Assembly: GCA_963729715.1 (NCBI GenBank)
Contig: CAVSPA010000004.1
Location: 384,001-448,000 of the forward strand
Source of the DNA: an uncultured delta proteobacterium
Lineage (GTDB): Bacteria; Desulfobacterota; Syntrophia; Syntrophales; UBA2185
Length of the DNA: 64,000 nucleotides
Direction of reading: 5' to 3'
The stretch's first letter is position 1; every line of letters begins with the position of its first letter. The notes under the pieces were generated by a model. It worked only from the letters and a program-made list of their open reading frames with translations. It was not told the origin of the DNA and did not search any database. Below are positions 41,003-52,008 of this stretch, one piece after another. Made by a program: the position numbers and the translations under genes.

Positions 41003-41107
41003 AAAAAAAGCCCCGACGTCAGAGACGCGAGGCTTAACATATGAACCGTGCAGTATGCCTTCGTTTTACCTCCCGTCTCAGTCCGCAAACGGATCCAAGC
41101 GGCGGAG
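41003..41107 (-). ncRNA. pan RNA motif-like leader with intrinsic terminator
   Basis: Stem CCGCUUGGAUCCG-UUUG-CGGACUGAGACGG, then terminator AAGCCUCGCGUC-UCU-GACGUCGGGGCUUUUUUU just before the panC RBS. Confidence 0.7.
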
Positions 41108-41148
41108 TGTCCGTAACAAAATAACGGCACCGTGTCAAGGTATTTTTA

Positions 41149-42003
41149 TCAAATGCCAATTTTTATTGAATGGAGGGCGTTAGATAATTTTCCGATTTCG
41201 TGAGCCGACAATGTCTCACCCCTTCTTGCGCCATCGATCCCCGAGTTCTTGAGCGCCTTTGCTATGTCCATATCCGAATATCCCAGTAGATGGAGGCTCT
41301 TGAGGTTATTCAACAGCGTTTTGCGCCTCTTGGCAAAAGCTGTCTTCGCAATCTTGAAGAAAAATTCATGGTCCGCCAGAGCCAATTGAGGCTGTTCTCG
41401 GACGACCATTTTCAGCACGGTGGACATCACCGTAGGCTTCGGATAGAAACAGCTACGGGGGATTGCCATTTCACGAGAGCACTGCATATACATCGAAATC
41501 AGTACCGTCGGCACACCGTAGGCTTTTGTCCCCGGTGTCGCTGTAAGCCTGTCTGCCAGTTCTTTTTGAAACATGAGAATCATGGCTGATATATGGTCCC
41601 GGTAAGCCAATAATCGGAATAATATCTGAGAAGAAATGTTATAGGGAATATTTCCGATGACCTTGATCTTCCGCGAAGGCCATTCGCCGACGGCTGAGGA
41701 AAAATCATATTCAAGGACATCTGTCTGGACAATGTCCACATTACGGTAAGGTGCCATCCTTTTTTTCAGGATACCGACCATTCTTGGATCTATATCAAGG
41801 CCAATCACCTTCCTTGCCCGTTTTGCTATCAACTCCGTCATGAGTCCCACGCCCGCACCTATCTCGACTACCATATCATCTTCCTGGATATTTGATATTC
41901 TGATGATCTTGTTTATGGCATTTCTATCCCTGAGGAAAGACTGGCCCAAGCGTTTGAGCGGCCGGATTCCATGATCTGTGAGGATTTCTGTTACCGTCGT
42001 CAT
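41149..42003 (-). CDS. rsmA: 16S rRNA m6,2A dimethyltransferase
   Basis: LGQSFL, VEIGAGVG, GNIPYNIS, MFQKE, RRKTLLN. Confidence 0.95.
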   Translation of the reverse strand: MTTVTEILTDHGIRPLKRLGQSFLRDRNAINKIIRISNIQEDDMVVEIGAGVGLMTELIAKRARKVIGLDIDPRMVGILKKRMAPYRNVDIVQTDVLEYDFSSAVGEWPSRKIKVIGNIPYNISSQILFRLLAYRDHISAMILMFQKELADRLTATPGTKAYGVPTVLISMYMQCSREMAIPRSCFYPKPTVMSTVLKMVVREQPQLALADHEFFFKIAKTAFAKRRKTLLNNLKSLHLLGYSDMDIAKALKNSGIDGARRGETLSAHEIGKLSNALHSIKIGI

Positions 42004-42034
42004 AATTCCTTTTTTATCACTCCCAGAAGCGGCA

Positions 42035-43057
42035 TTATGAATCATGCTTTGATAAAGATTCCAGAGGCCATTTGGAAACTGCGTTCAGACTAAAAGAATC
42101 CTTTATGCCCTTTGTCAACAGATGCCAGCCCACGACAGCGATCATAGCGGCATTATCCGTACAAAAGATAGGAGGAGGGATGTACACATCAACGCCCTTG
42201 AGCCTTGATTCCTCGGCAAATCTTTCTCTGAGTCGGCTGTTTGAGGCAACCCCGCCGCATACGACGATTTTTGATATAGAGTGAATCTCCGCGGCCTTAA
42301 AAGTTTTTTCCACAAGAACGTCAATGATAGCTTCCTGGTAGCTGGCGGCCACGTCCGGCAATTCATCCTCGCTGAAGGGACGTTTTCTCTTCTTTATGTG
42401 CACGAGGAGGGATGTTTTCAGGCCGCTGAAACTAAAATCCAGACTATTTCTCATGGCCCTGGGGAATTCAATCCTCTTCCGGTTTCCTTTTTTTGCCAGC
42501 TTATCGATGATGACGCCGCCCGGATAGCCGATATCCAATAGTTTGGCAGCTTTGTCAAACGCCTCGCCGGCAGCGTCGTCCCGCGTCTGACCCAGAACGG
42601 TAAAATCCTGAAAGTCTTTCATCAGGTATATGTTCGTATGTCCGCCTGATACCACTAGGGCTACAAGGGGAACCTCGGGGCGGTCGGGATTGAGAAAGAT
42701 GGATGCTACGTGACCCGCGAGGTGGTTCACTCCCACAAACGGTATCTTCAGGGCGAACGCAATAGCCTTGGCAGCCGACAAACCCACAAGCAGGGAACCA
42801 ACCAGGCCGGGTCCCCTGGTTACAGCTATTCCTTCGATATCATTTAACGTTACGGAGGCGTAATGGAGCGCTTCGCATATGACGGGTATGATCGTCTCCA
42901 TGTGTTTACGGGACGCGATCTCAGGCACGATACCGCCATATATCTTGTGCAGGTCTACCTGAGAAGCAATAACACTGGAACAAAGTAATTTCCCATCCTC
43001 GAGCACGGCGGCGGCGGTCTCGTCGCAGGATGTCTCTATTCCCAAAATATACATCAT
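42035..43057 (-). CDS. tsaD: tRNA N6-adenosine threonylcarbamoyltransferase
   Basis: LGIETSCDET, GPGL, SGGHT, DDAAGEAFDK, TDNAAMI. Confidence 0.96.
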   Translation of the reverse strand: MMYILGIETSCDETAAAVLEDGKLLCSSVIASQVDLHKIYGGIVPEIASRKHMETIIPVICEALHYASVTLNDIEGIAVTRGPGLVGSLLVGLSAAKAIAFALKIPFVGVNHLAGHVASIFLNPDRPEVPLVALVVSGGHTNIYLMKDFQDFTVLGQTRDDAAGEAFDKAAKLLDIGYPGGVIIDKLAKKGNRKRIEFPRAMRNSLDFSFSGLKTSLLVHIKKRKRPFSEDELPDVAASYQEAIIDVLVEKTFKAAEIHSISKIVVCGGVASNSRLRERFAEESRLKGVDVYIPPPIFCTDNAAMIAVVGWHLLTKGIKDSFSLNAVSKWPLESLSKHDS

Positions 43058-43168
43058 TTCCTCCCCAGGCAAATTTCCTTTTTACAAATACTTTCGAATT
43101 ATATATAGAAGTGAATAACCTTTGTAAATAACTTTTGAGATTACGGAAAGCCCGAGGAATTGAGCGCC

Positions 43169-44800
43169 ATGGAAATCACTACCGACTTTTTGGTCTTGGG
43201 CAGCGGCATTGCGGGATTAAGCTTCGCCATCAAGGCAGCGGATATTGGCACTGTCGCCATAGTGACAAAGAAAGAAAAATCCGAATCAAACACGAATCTG
43301 GCTCAAGGCGGGATAGCAGCGGTTTATGACAAAGCGGACCGCTTTGAATATCATATCAATGATACCATCGCCGCCGGGGCCGGTCTCTGTAAAGAGGAAG
43401 TTGTCAGATTTGTCGTAATGGAAGGCCCTGAAAGGATCAAAGAGCTTCTCGAGTGGGGAGTGGAATTCACACGGGCGGGGGATGACGATCCCGGTCATTA
43501 TGACCTGGGACGAGAAGGCGGTCACTCTATGAGGCGCGTATTGCATGCGCGGGATCTCACGGGTCAGGAAATAGAGCGCGCGCTTCATGAAGAGGCCAGC
43601 CTGAAGAGAAATATACGAATTTTTGAAAACCATATCGGCATCGATCTTATATTGGAATCAGCTCTTACAGGCACAGAGAAAGGCCACCGGCAGAAGTGTC
43701 TCGGCGCCTATATTCTCGATACGGATCGCGATCAAATCCATACTTTTAAGGCGAAATTTGTCATTCTGGCCACGGGCGGTTCCGGCAAAGTTTACCTCAT
43801 TACAACAAATCCCGATATTGCCACAGGAGACGGCATTGCCATGGCCTACAGAGCGGGTGCCTTCATATCCAATATGGAGTTCATCCAGTTTCATCCCACC
43901 TGTCTATACCACCCCGAAGCGAAATCCTATCTCATCAGCGAAGCCTTGAGGGGGGAAGGCGGTCTCTTGAAATTAAAAGACGGGGCCACTTTCATGGGGA
44001 AATACCATCCCATGAAGAGCCTTGCACCGAGGGATATTGTCGCCAAGGCCATCGATACGGAACTGAAGAAATCCGGTGATGAATACGTCTTGCTCGACAT
44101 AACACACAGAGACAGAGATTTCATAATCGGCAGATTTCCCAATATCTACAAGAACTGTCTTGCTTTCGGCATAGATATCACAAGAGATCCAATCCCCGTC
44201 GCTCCTGCTGCTCACTACCAGTGCGGAGGCGTGCAGGTCGACCATTCCGGAGAAACTAATATCGAGAGGCTCTTTGCTTGCGGTGAGGTCGCATGCACCG
44301 GGCTCCATGGCGCAAACCGTCTGGCAAGCAACTCGCTTTTGGAAGCAGTGGTATTTGCCCATCGGTCATCTGTCAGAATAGCAGAGAGGTTTCCTGCCGC
44401 GAAAGATGAGCCGATACCCGTCCCGCCTTGGGATCCAAGGGGGGCCACGGAAAGCGATGAATCTATCGTTGTAGCCCACAATTGGGATGAAGTCAGAAGA
44501 TCTATGGGGAATTACGTGGGTATCGTTCGATCAAACAAGAGACTTGAGCGTGCTCAGCGTCGAATTGACCTCATCAGCCGTGAAATAGATGAATACTACA
44601 GAAATTTCATCGTCACGCGCGACCTGATCGAGCTCCGGAATATTGCAACGGTTGCGAAAATAATTATTCAATGCGCCAGGATAAGAAAAGAAAGCAGGGG
44701 CCTTCACTACAACATAGATTATCCGGAAAAAGACGACAGGCTGTGGTTGAAGGATACCGTGATTTGCAAAAACCAGCCGACAGGTAATGAAACACAGTAA
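43169..44800 (+). CDS. nadB: L-aspartate oxidase
   Basis: GSGIAGL, AQGGI, EGGHS, EFIQFHPT, LHGANRLASNSL. Confidence 0.95.
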   Translation: MEITTDFLVLGSGIAGLSFAIKAADIGTVAIVTKKEKSESNTNLAQGGIAAVYDKADRFEYHINDTIAAGAGLCKEEVVRFVVMEGPERIKELLEWGVEFTRAGDDDPGHYDLGREGGHSMRRVLHARDLTGQEIERALHEEASLKRNIRIFENHIGIDLILESALTGTEKGHRQKCLGAYILDTDRDQIHTFKAKFVILATGGSGKVYLITTNPDIATGDGIAMAYRAGAFISNMEFIQFHPTCLYHPEAKSYLISEALRGEGGLLKLKDGATFMGKYHPMKSLAPRDIVAKAIDTELKKSGDEYVLLDITHRDRDFIIGRFPNIYKNCLAFGIDITRDPIPVAPAAHYQCGGVQVDHSGETNIERLFACGEVACTGLHGANRLASNSLLEAVVFAHRSSVRIAERFPAAKDEPIPVPPWDPRGATESDESIVVAHNWDEVRRSMGNYVGIVRSNKRLERAQRRIDLISREIDEYYRNFIVTRDLIELRNIATVAKIIIQCARIRKESRGLHYNIDYPEKDDRLWLKDTVICKNQPTGNETQ

Positions 44801-44840
44801 GCATGCATTCCACGATCCTGTTTACGCAACCTATGTGATA

Positions 44841-46133
44841 TCAGCCAAACACCCTCTTAAATATAAAATCAATATGCGAGAGGAAATTCTCGATTCTGCA
44901 TGCATCTTCTATATCTTTTGCATTCATGTGCGACATCACTTCGCTATCATCCGAAAGCAACCGCGGAAAATCAACTCCCTCATTCCATGATCGCATGGCA
45001 TTTCTTTGCACGACTCTATAGGCATCCTCTCTCGACATCCCGTGCTCAATGAGCTTCAAGAGCACCGTCTGCGAAAAAATAACCCCTTTCGTCATACCCA
45101 GATTTGCGAGCATCCTCTCCGGATAAATGACAAGATTTCGCACCAGATCAGTGAACCGGTGCAGCATGAAATCCAGGAGAATCGTGGCGTCGGGAGCAAT
45201 GACCCTCTCTACTGATGAGTGACTGATGTCCCGCTCATGCCAAAGGGCGACGTCCTCCAGCGAAGCCACTGCATATGACCTCATCAGGCGAGCCAGTCCG
45301 GACAGGTTTTCGGATAAGACGGGGTTCCTCTTGTGGGGCATAGCCGACGAGCCCTTCTGTCCCGGTGCGAAATATTCTTCCACCTCTCTCACTTCCGTTC
45401 TCTGAAGCAATCTTATCTCCTGGGAAAATTTGTCGATGGAAGACGCAATTATGGCGAGAGCGGTAAAAAATTCGGCGTGCCTGTCCCGCTGAACAATCTG
45501 GGATGATATGGGCGCAGGCTTCAGCCCCAGTTTCTTGCATACATATTCTTCGATTGAAGGATCAACAAAAGAGAATGTCCCGACCGCACCGGAAATCTTA
45601 CCATAACTGATTGCGTCTTTCGCCCGGACCAGACGTGCCAAATTCCTCTCCATTTCCTGGTACCAGAGGGCCATCTTCAGGCCGAACGTTATGGGTTCGG
45701 CGTGGATCCCGTGAGACCTGCCTATCATTACCGTGTGTCTATGTTCCATCGCTTTACTCTTCAAGACCGGCAGGAGCACGTTCACATCATCGATGAGTAT
45801 TTGTGACGCCTCTCTCAGAAGAACGGCAAGCGACGTATCCAGGACATCCGACGAGGTAAGGCCCATATGAATAAACCTGCCGTCTTCGCCCACCTTTTCC
45901 GTCAGGGAAGTCAGGAAAGCGATCACGTCATGTTTCGTAGTCTTTTCTATCTCCTCAATTCTCGCTATGTCAAGCCCGGCTCTATCTTTGATATTCCTGA
46001 GCGACTCTTCGGGAATATCCCCTCTTTTAGCCATAGCTTCGCACGCCAATATCTCTATATCGAGCCATGTCTGATATCTCTTCTCCGCCAGCCACACGGC
46101 GTTCATCCTGTCTCTCGAATATCTTGGGATCAA
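44841..46133 (-). CDS. purB: Adenylosuccinate lyase
   Basis: MIPRYS, TKHDVIAF, GSSAMPHKRNP, WHERDISHSS. Confidence 0.97.
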   Translation of the reverse strand: MIPRYSRDRMNAVWLAEKRYQTWLDIEILACEAMAKRGDIPEESLRNIKDRAGLDIARIEEIEKTTKHDVIAFLTSLTEKVGEDGRFIHMGLTSSDVLDTSLAVLLREASQILIDDVNVLLPVLKSKAMEHRHTVMIGRSHGIHAEPITFGLKMALWYQEMERNLARLVRAKDAISYGKISGAVGTFSFVDPSIEEYVCKKLGLKPAPISSQIVQRDRHAEFFTALAIIASSIDKFSQEIRLLQRTEVREVEEYFAPGQKGSSAMPHKRNPVLSENLSGLARLMRSYAVASLEDVALWHERDISHSSVERVIAPDATILLDFMLHRFTDLVRNLVIYPERMLANLGMTKGVIFSQTVLLKLIEHGMSREDAYRVVQRNAMRSWNEGVDFPRLLSDDSEVMSHMNAKDIEDACRIENFLSHIDFIFKRVFG

Positions 46134-46386
46134 TTTTCCCCTCCTGATATCTTTATTGTTTTTCTTCGAACCAGTCGCATTGCTTGTGAAATATAGAACA
46201 AATCACCCGAAAAAGAAATCAAAAAAGCTGTATATATCGCACTATATAACGTATAATAATTTGTCTGAATATCGGCCCGTGCAGGCACGCTTCTTTGCAC
46301 CATATTGCTTTGCTGCGGAATTTCTGAGAAGGGCTTAGCAATTCGTGTACTGAATTCATGCACGACTCTTAGGGAGGAGCGGGAAG

Positions 46387-46977
46387 ATGAATATTTCTGA
46401 TTTTAGAAAACCGGATTTCGAAATAGATCAATTTTTTCTGAACAGGTGGTCGCCGCGCAGCATGTCAGGTGATGAGATCAGCCGGGACTTATTATTTTCT
46501 CTTTTTGAGGCAGCCCGGTGGGCCCCCTCATCAAACAACAACCAGCCTTGGCGGTTTCTTTATGCGCGAAGAAATACGGATTACTGGCCCACATTTTTTG
46601 ATCTCCTGACCGAACAAAATAAAATTTGGGCAAAGAATGCCGCCGTTTTGATCGTGGTTATCTCCAAGAAAACCTTCGACTACAATGAAAAGCCGGCGCG
46701 CACTCATTCATACGATACAGGTGCAGCCTGGGAGAATCTCGCCCTTCAGGGGTCTTTGAAGGCATTGGTCGTCCATGGCATGCAGGGTTTTGATTATGAC
46801 AAAGCAAGGATAGCTCTCAATATTCCCGATGTCTTTCAGGTCGAGGCGATGATAGCCATGGGAAGACCCGGGAAGAAGGAGGATCTCCCGGGGAGCCTCC
46901 ACGAGAGGGAAATGCCCTCACCAAGAAAGAATCTTTCCGAAATCGTGATGGAAGGAAAATTCACGCTTGAAAAATAG
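46387..46977 (+). CDS. Nitroreductase family protein
   Basis: RWSPRSM, EAARWAPSSNNNQPWRF. Confidence 0.92.
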   Translation: MNISDFRKPDFEIDQFFLNRWSPRSMSGDEISRDLLFSLFEAARWAPSSNNNQPWRFLYARRNTDYWPTFFDLLTEQNKIWAKNAAVLIVVISKKTFDYNEKPARTHSYDTGAAWENLALQGSLKALVVHGMQGFDYDKARIALNIPDVFQVEAMIAMGRPGKKEDLPGSLHEREMPSPRKNLSEIVMEGKFTLEK

Positions 46978-47098
46978 CATTGCATGACTTCAAACACTCA
47001 TCTAATTATCTTCTTATTATTTACTTGCACCGTCTCTTGTATCCGAGGAATGCGTTTTTATTTTGCCGGCAATAGACCACAATGCAGAGGAAAAGAAT

Positions 47099-47890
47099 AT
47101 GTTTCTGTTTAAAAAAATTGTCGCCCCCCTATTCTACCCCATGACACTGATCCTTGCGTTTCTCACAGGCGGTCTCCTCCTCCTTTGGTTTACGAGAAAG
47201 CAAAGAACCGGAAAAGCGCTCATAACGTTGGGTGTGATCACATTTGCCCTTCTTGGCTATGGGTCTTTCTCCGACCTGCTCCTCGCGCCCCTTGAACGGC
47301 AATATCCTCCACTCATGGCGGCGGGCGGCGGCGGCGGGCTGCCTTCTTCTGGTTCAATACAGTCCGTAAAGTGGATTGCCCTTCTCGGCGCGGGCCATGT
47401 TGCCGATCCAAGCGTTCCCGTCACAAGCCAGATATCAGAGGAATCCCTCACCCGCCTTGTGGAATGCGTCCGCATCCACCGGATGATTGCGGGGAGCAAA
47501 ATCATCCTTTCCGGAGGGGCGGTCTATGATTCAGCATCCGAGGCGGCAACCTTTGCAAAGGTTGCCGCAATTCTCAACGTCAATGCGCGGGATATTGTTC
47601 TCGAGGAGGTCTCGAGGGATACGGAGGAGGGGGCAGAAAATATACGCTCTATCGTGGGTCAAGACCGCTTCATCTTAGTGACCTCTGCGTATCACATGCC
47701 CAGGGCCATGGCCATCTTTAATAAAGCGGGGCTTAAGCCGATCCCCGCCCCGACCAACCACTTCATCAAAGAGAGACAAGGGTGGGCTCCGGAAGATTTT
47801 TATCCCTCCTCCACGGGGCTTATGAAGGCGGAGCGCGCCGTGCATGAATATCTTGGTCTTTTATGGTTCAAGATGACAAACACGCGGTGA
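47099..47890 (+). CDS. ElyC/YdcF (DUF218) envelope protein
   Basis: IILSGG, SRDTEE, LVTSAYHMPRA, HEYLG. Confidence 0.88.
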   Translation: MFLFKKIVAPLFYPMTLILAFLTGGLLLLWFTRKQRTGKALITLGVITFALLGYGSFSDLLLAPLERQYPPLMAAGGGGGLPSSGSIQSVKWIALLGAGHVADPSVPVTSQISEESLTRLVECVRIHRMIAGSKIILSGGAVYDSASEAATFAKVAAILNVNARDIVLEEVSRDTEEGAENIRSIVGQDRFILVTSAYHMPRAMAIFNKAGLKPIPAPTNHFIKERQGWAPEDFYPSSTGLMKAERAVHEYLGLLWFKMTNTR

Positions 47891-47999
47891 TGCTCCCGGC
47901 AAAAAACGAATCTTGAATTTATGACGCTTAAATGTTAGAAAGCGCGAACCTTAGAACCGTTCTCAGAAAATAGGAACTCATGGAACAGGAGATGCAAAT

Positions 48000-49691
48000 A
48001 TGAAATACAATCTAAAGTTGTCGCTATGCCTTCTTCTTTTGTTTACGGCATTCGGCGCGCTCGCGGCAAAAGGTGAAAAAACAGTGGCTGTGCTGCCATT
48101 TTCCGTACACAGCGCAGAAAGCATTGACTATGTCAAACAGGGTATCTGGGACATGCTCTCTTCCCGGATCGCCGTCACTGACAAGATAGAGGTCATCAGC
48201 AAGGATTCCGTCCTGCAGGCGATGAAAGGAAAGGAAGGGAAGGATCTGGCCGTTCAAGATATTTACGGCCTCGGGAAAAAAATGAATGCCGATTTTGTCG
48301 TATACGGAAGCATTACAAAGTTTGGCAATAGTATAAGCATAGACGGGAAGCTTGTAGATATCGCTGCGAACAAGTCGACGGTAAGTCTCTTTACTCAGAG
48401 CCAGGGCATGGACGAGGTCATAGCGAAGATCAATGACTTTGCCCGTAACATAGACAACAATATCCTCGGCACTGTCCCACCGTCCTTCGCCACGCCGCAG
48501 GCGTCAGCGCCGGCGCCGCAGCAGCAGCAGACGCCGCAGGATTCCCGTGAATCGGAGATCATCGGAGGGATGAAGAAGAGCAAGAAAGGCACCTTCACCT
48601 CTGTCATCAACCCTGACTTCATAACCTCTGCCAGGCCTCTCGATAGAAAAGGTTTCTGGATGAGTCAAAAATTTCCTACCGAATTCAGGGGCATGGATAT
48701 TGGTGATGTCACGGGTGACGGTCTGAATAAAGTCGTCATTATCGATACGCATAACGTCATGATATACCAAAAGAAAGACAAAGATTTTGTCCTGCTTCAA
48801 AAGATACCGGGGAAATCATCCCAAAATTTTCTTGCCGTCGACGTGGCTGACATCAATAGAAACGGCGTTAAAGAAATCATCGTCACCAGCATGACGCGAA
48901 ATATGGTTGATTCCTTTGTCCTTGAATACAGGGACGGAAAGTTCGTAGAGATCGCCTCAAAGCTGCCCTGGTACATGAGGGTCATTGACGCTCCTGCGGG
49001 GCCTATCCTGCTGGGTCAGACCAGGGGAATGGAGACGCCCTTCAGCAACCCCATACATGAGATAATATGGGAGGAGGGAAAATACAAAGAGGGAAAGACG
49101 ATGAAAATCCCCGTGGGACTTTCCGTCTACGGTCTCGCAATGGATAATCTCGGAACCGGCGGAGGTGAAAAGATAATAGCTCTTGATAATTATGACTATC
49201 TTTCCATATACGAACCAACGGACAAACCCCTCATGAGTCTTCAGCGCCTAGGGGGAAGCCCTGAACGAATCTACAAAAGCGATGACAACTACGGGGGAAG
49301 CAACACCGCGATAGTAAATGATGATCTTTCGCCGGATAATGAAAACAAAATTACCTTCATTAATTCGAGAATTCTGACTCTTGATACCGGCAAAGAAGGC
49401 AAGAAGGAACTTATTATCGTGAAAAACCTGTCATCCGTCGGAAGAGTGCTCAAGAATGTAAAGGTTTTCACATCAAGTGAGATATACGACCTTGAATGGG
49501 ATGGTCTCGGTCTTGTTGAAAATTGGAAAACAAGAAAGATCAGCGGCTACGTAGCCGACTACCAGTTGAAGGACCTCGACAATGACGGGCAGAAAGAGAT
49601 AGTGCTTGCCCTCGTCCTGTCGGTGGGCGGGTCTGTTTCCGATAGAAGTGTTATTGTCTCCTATAAGATGAGCCGGGAGCAGAATCCATAA
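48000..49691 (+). CDS. Secreted protein with TolB-N-like domain and FG-GAP/VCBS repeats
   Basis: Signal peptide; VAVLPF; GDVTGDG, DINRNGVKEI, DLDNDGQKEI. Confidence 0.75.
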   Translation: MKYNLKLSLCLLLLFTAFGALAAKGEKTVAVLPFSVHSAESIDYVKQGIWDMLSSRIAVTDKIEVISKDSVLQAMKGKEGKDLAVQDIYGLGKKMNADFVVYGSITKFGNSISIDGKLVDIAANKSTVSLFTQSQGMDEVIAKINDFARNIDNNILGTVPPSFATPQASAPAPQQQQTPQDSRESEIIGGMKKSKKGTFTSVINPDFITSARPLDRKGFWMSQKFPTEFRGMDIGDVTGDGLNKVVIIDTHNVMIYQKKDKDFVLLQKIPGKSSQNFLAVDVADINRNGVKEIIVTSMTRNMVDSFVLEYRDGKFVEIASKLPWYMRVIDAPAGPILLGQTRGMETPFSNPIHEIIWEEGKYKEGKTMKIPVGLSVYGLAMDNLGTGGGEKIIALDNYDYLSIYEPTDKPLMSLQRLGGSPERIYKSDDNYGGSNTAIVNDDLSPDNENKITFINSRILTLDTGKEGKKELIIVKNLSSVGRVLKNVKVFTSSEIYDLEWDGLGLVENWKTRKISGYVADYQLKDLDNDGQKEIVLALVLSVGGSVSDRSVIVSYKMSREQNP

Positions 49692-49830
49692 GAGGGATTG
49701 ACAATACTCTTGGACTCTTATATTAATTTCTATTATTAATATAACTTCTTCACAGGCATGAATTGTCGGTAAGAAGCTTTTCACATAGTGCCTGTCGCGG
49801 ACGACGCTGTATCAATTTTAGTTAGATCAT

Positions 49831-49907
49831 GGCGGTGTAGCTCAGACGGTTAGAGCATACGGCTCATATCCGTAGTGTCCGGGGTTCGATTCCCTGCACC
49901 GCCACCA
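49831..49907 (+). tRNA. tRNA-Met (anticodon CAT, elongator-type)
   Basis: GGCGGTGTAGCTCAG...TACGGCT-CAT-ATCCGTA...GGTTCGATTCCCTGCACCGCCACCA. Confidence 0.93.
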
Positions 49908-49920
49908 TTTAAATTATTTG

Positions 49921-49951
49921 AAGGCCTGGTATTAGACCAGGCTTTTCTTTA
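49921..49951 (+). terminator. Terminator after tRNA-Met
   Basis: AAGGCCTGGT-ATTAG-ACCAGGCTTTTCTTT. Confidence 0.7.
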
Positions 49952-50021
49952 TCCGCATGGAAAGCGCAATTATGAGTCGGGAGTTTCGTATGCGGATAGC
50001 CGTGCAATAGGTGAATTTCCC

Positions 50022-51002
50022 ATGGAGGATAAATTTCTGCCCCGGTCCTGGATCAGAAACCCGCATGCACAGACGATGTTGGGATGCCTAAAAATAAGAA
50101 GTTGGGGTCGGCACCCGATGAACGAATGCGCGAGGAAAATGATTATTGAGGGGGGAAATGGCGTGCGACTCCTCGGTTATCACTCGCAGCAGACTTCTGG
50201 ACACAGCAGGGGTCTAATCACATTTATCCACGGATGGGAAGGGAGTTCTCACTCTACCTACGTCCTTTCCACGGGGAAATATCTTTACGAGAGAGGTTAT
50301 GATATATTCCGGCTTAATCTGCGAGACCACGGCGACAGTCACCACCTGAATGAAGGTCTTTTTCATGGAGCTCTCATAGAGGAGACATTTCAAGCCATTC
50401 ACAGTATCTCTCGTTTGTCCGAAAACAAGCCATATCACCTCATCGGCTTTTCCTTAGGGGGAAATTTCGCACTCCGCATAGCGGTGAAACACTCTTTCTC
50501 CGAGATTTCAAATCTGAGACAGGTCATCGCCGTCAGTCCCGCTCTTGATCCTTACAAAGCCACTCTGTCCATCGATGAAAGTCTCTCCATCTACCGATAT
50601 TACTTCCTCAACAAATGGAAACGTTCGCTTAGAAAAAAGCAACTGCTTTTCCGCGATAAATATGATTTTCGCCGCATGCTGAAGATTCGGACATGCATGG
50701 GACTTACTGAGGCCGTCATGCCGTACTTTCCCGATTTCAAGACTTACAGAGAATACTTCGAACAATACACGCTGCGGGACGATTTCTTCCGCGATCTTGC
50801 CGTTCCCGTTACCATCATTGCCTCTGGCGATGACCCCATAGTATCTATCGGCGACGTCCGTGCTCTGAAAGAAACGGGATATCTCCGAATTTCTCTGCAG
50901 GCATACGGAGGGCACTGCGGCTTCATTGATTTCTTCCCCTTCGGGTGCTGGTATGAGGGGGAAATTGAACGAATTTTACGCCGGTCGGAAAAAAACTCAT
51001 GA
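50022..51002 (+). CDS. YheT-family alpha/beta hydrolase
   Basis: NPHAQT, HGWEGS, GFSLGG, DDP, GGHCGF. Confidence 0.88.
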   Translation: MEDKFLPRSWIRNPHAQTMLGCLKIRSWGRHPMNECARKMIIEGGNGVRLLGYHSQQTSGHSRGLITFIHGWEGSSHSTYVLSTGKYLYERGYDIFRLNLRDHGDSHHLNEGLFHGALIEETFQAIHSISRLSENKPYHLIGFSLGGNFALRIAVKHSFSEISNLRQVIAVSPALDPYKATLSIDESLSIYRYYFLNKWKRSLRKKQLLFRDKYDFRRMLKIRTCMGLTEAVMPYFPDFKTYREYFEQYTLRDDFFRDLAVPVTIIASGDDPIVSIGDVRALKETGYLRISLQAYGGHCGFIDFFPFGCWYEGEIERILRRSEKNS

Positions 51003-51877
51003 ACGTTATAAATGCTGAATGCCTTTCTAATAAGGATCAATTTCTCTCTTTGGTCGCGGAGAAGCTGGGAAGGTGTCCCATTGATTTTACTAAAAAGATG
51101 GATTTTATCAGAAGGACCAGAAATGATCGAGAGGTCCATTCGGCTGCCGGTGTATTGCTGCTCCTGCATTACAGAGGCGACGAACATGCGCCAATCGGCG
51201 CTAAAGGCGAATTCATCTTCCAGCTCATTAAACGCTCCGCAAGTGTTGCGCAACCGGGCGACCTCAGTTGCCCCGGCGGCATGTTACACGCTTTTGTAGA
51301 CCCAGTTCTGTCGCCCCTGATATCAAGGGGAATAATCCCCGTTCTTACGGGTGATCCACTGCGATACGCCAGGCTCCGGGATAGAGAAACCTTCAAGATT
51401 ATCAGACTGCTTCTTGCCAATGCCGTAAGAGAGGCATGGGAAGAGACCGGACTCAAACCCTGGAATATCTTTTTTTTGGGACCTCTTCCTTCTTATTCCC
51501 TGATCCTCTTCAGAAGGACAATCTTCCCCCTCGTCGGTTTTGCAAAAAAGGATTGGCATTTTTGCCCCAGCTCAGAGGTCGAGCACATCATTGAAATCCC
51601 TCTTAAGGCTTTTCTCGATGAAGGCAACTACGGGCTTTACAATGTAGAAACTGCAAGTGGGCTGAAGACAGTTAGAGAGAGACCGAGGGAATTTCCTTGC
51701 CTCATCACCCGGGACGACCGGGGCAAGGAAGAGATTCTCTGGGGAGCCACCTTCTACATCATCATGAGCTTTTTAAAGATTGTCTTCGATTTCGAAATCC
51801 CGACGATGCATGCAAGGAGAATAATAAACAGAACCCTTGGACCTGAATACTTAACGGGTCATCAAGAAAAGCGCTGA
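50999..51877 (+). CDS. Nudix hydrolase (CoA pyrophosphatase-like)
   Basis: QPGDLSCPGG..AVREAWEETG, ILWGAT. Confidence 0.8.
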   Translation: MNVINAECLSNKDQFLSLVAEKLGRCPIDFTKKMDFIRRTRNDREVHSAAGVLLLLHYRGDEHAPIGAKGEFIFQLIKRSASVAQPGDLSCPGGMLHAFVDPVLSPLISRGIIPVLTGDPLRYARLRDRETFKIIRLLLANAVREAWEETGLKPWNIFFLGPLPSYSLILFRRTIFPLVGFAKKDWHFCPSSEVEHIIEIPLKAFLDEGNYGLYNVETASGLKTVRERPREFPCLITRDDRGKEEILWGATFYIIMSFLKIVFDFEIPTMHARRIINRTLGPEYLTGHQEKR

Positions 51878-52008
51878 GTGTAATGCACTTTTTTCTATTG
51901 ACAAGATATGATCAAGTGGTTACTTACGGCCATAGCCGAACGGGAATGCGCCCATACTTATGGCTCAGTTCCCCTGCACCTCATAACTAAAGCTGTCTCC
52001 TTGATTCT

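Noticed and set aside
49875..50021. N-terminal extension of the hydrolase ORF; also ORF 1678..1860
   Set aside because: They overlap tRNA genes.
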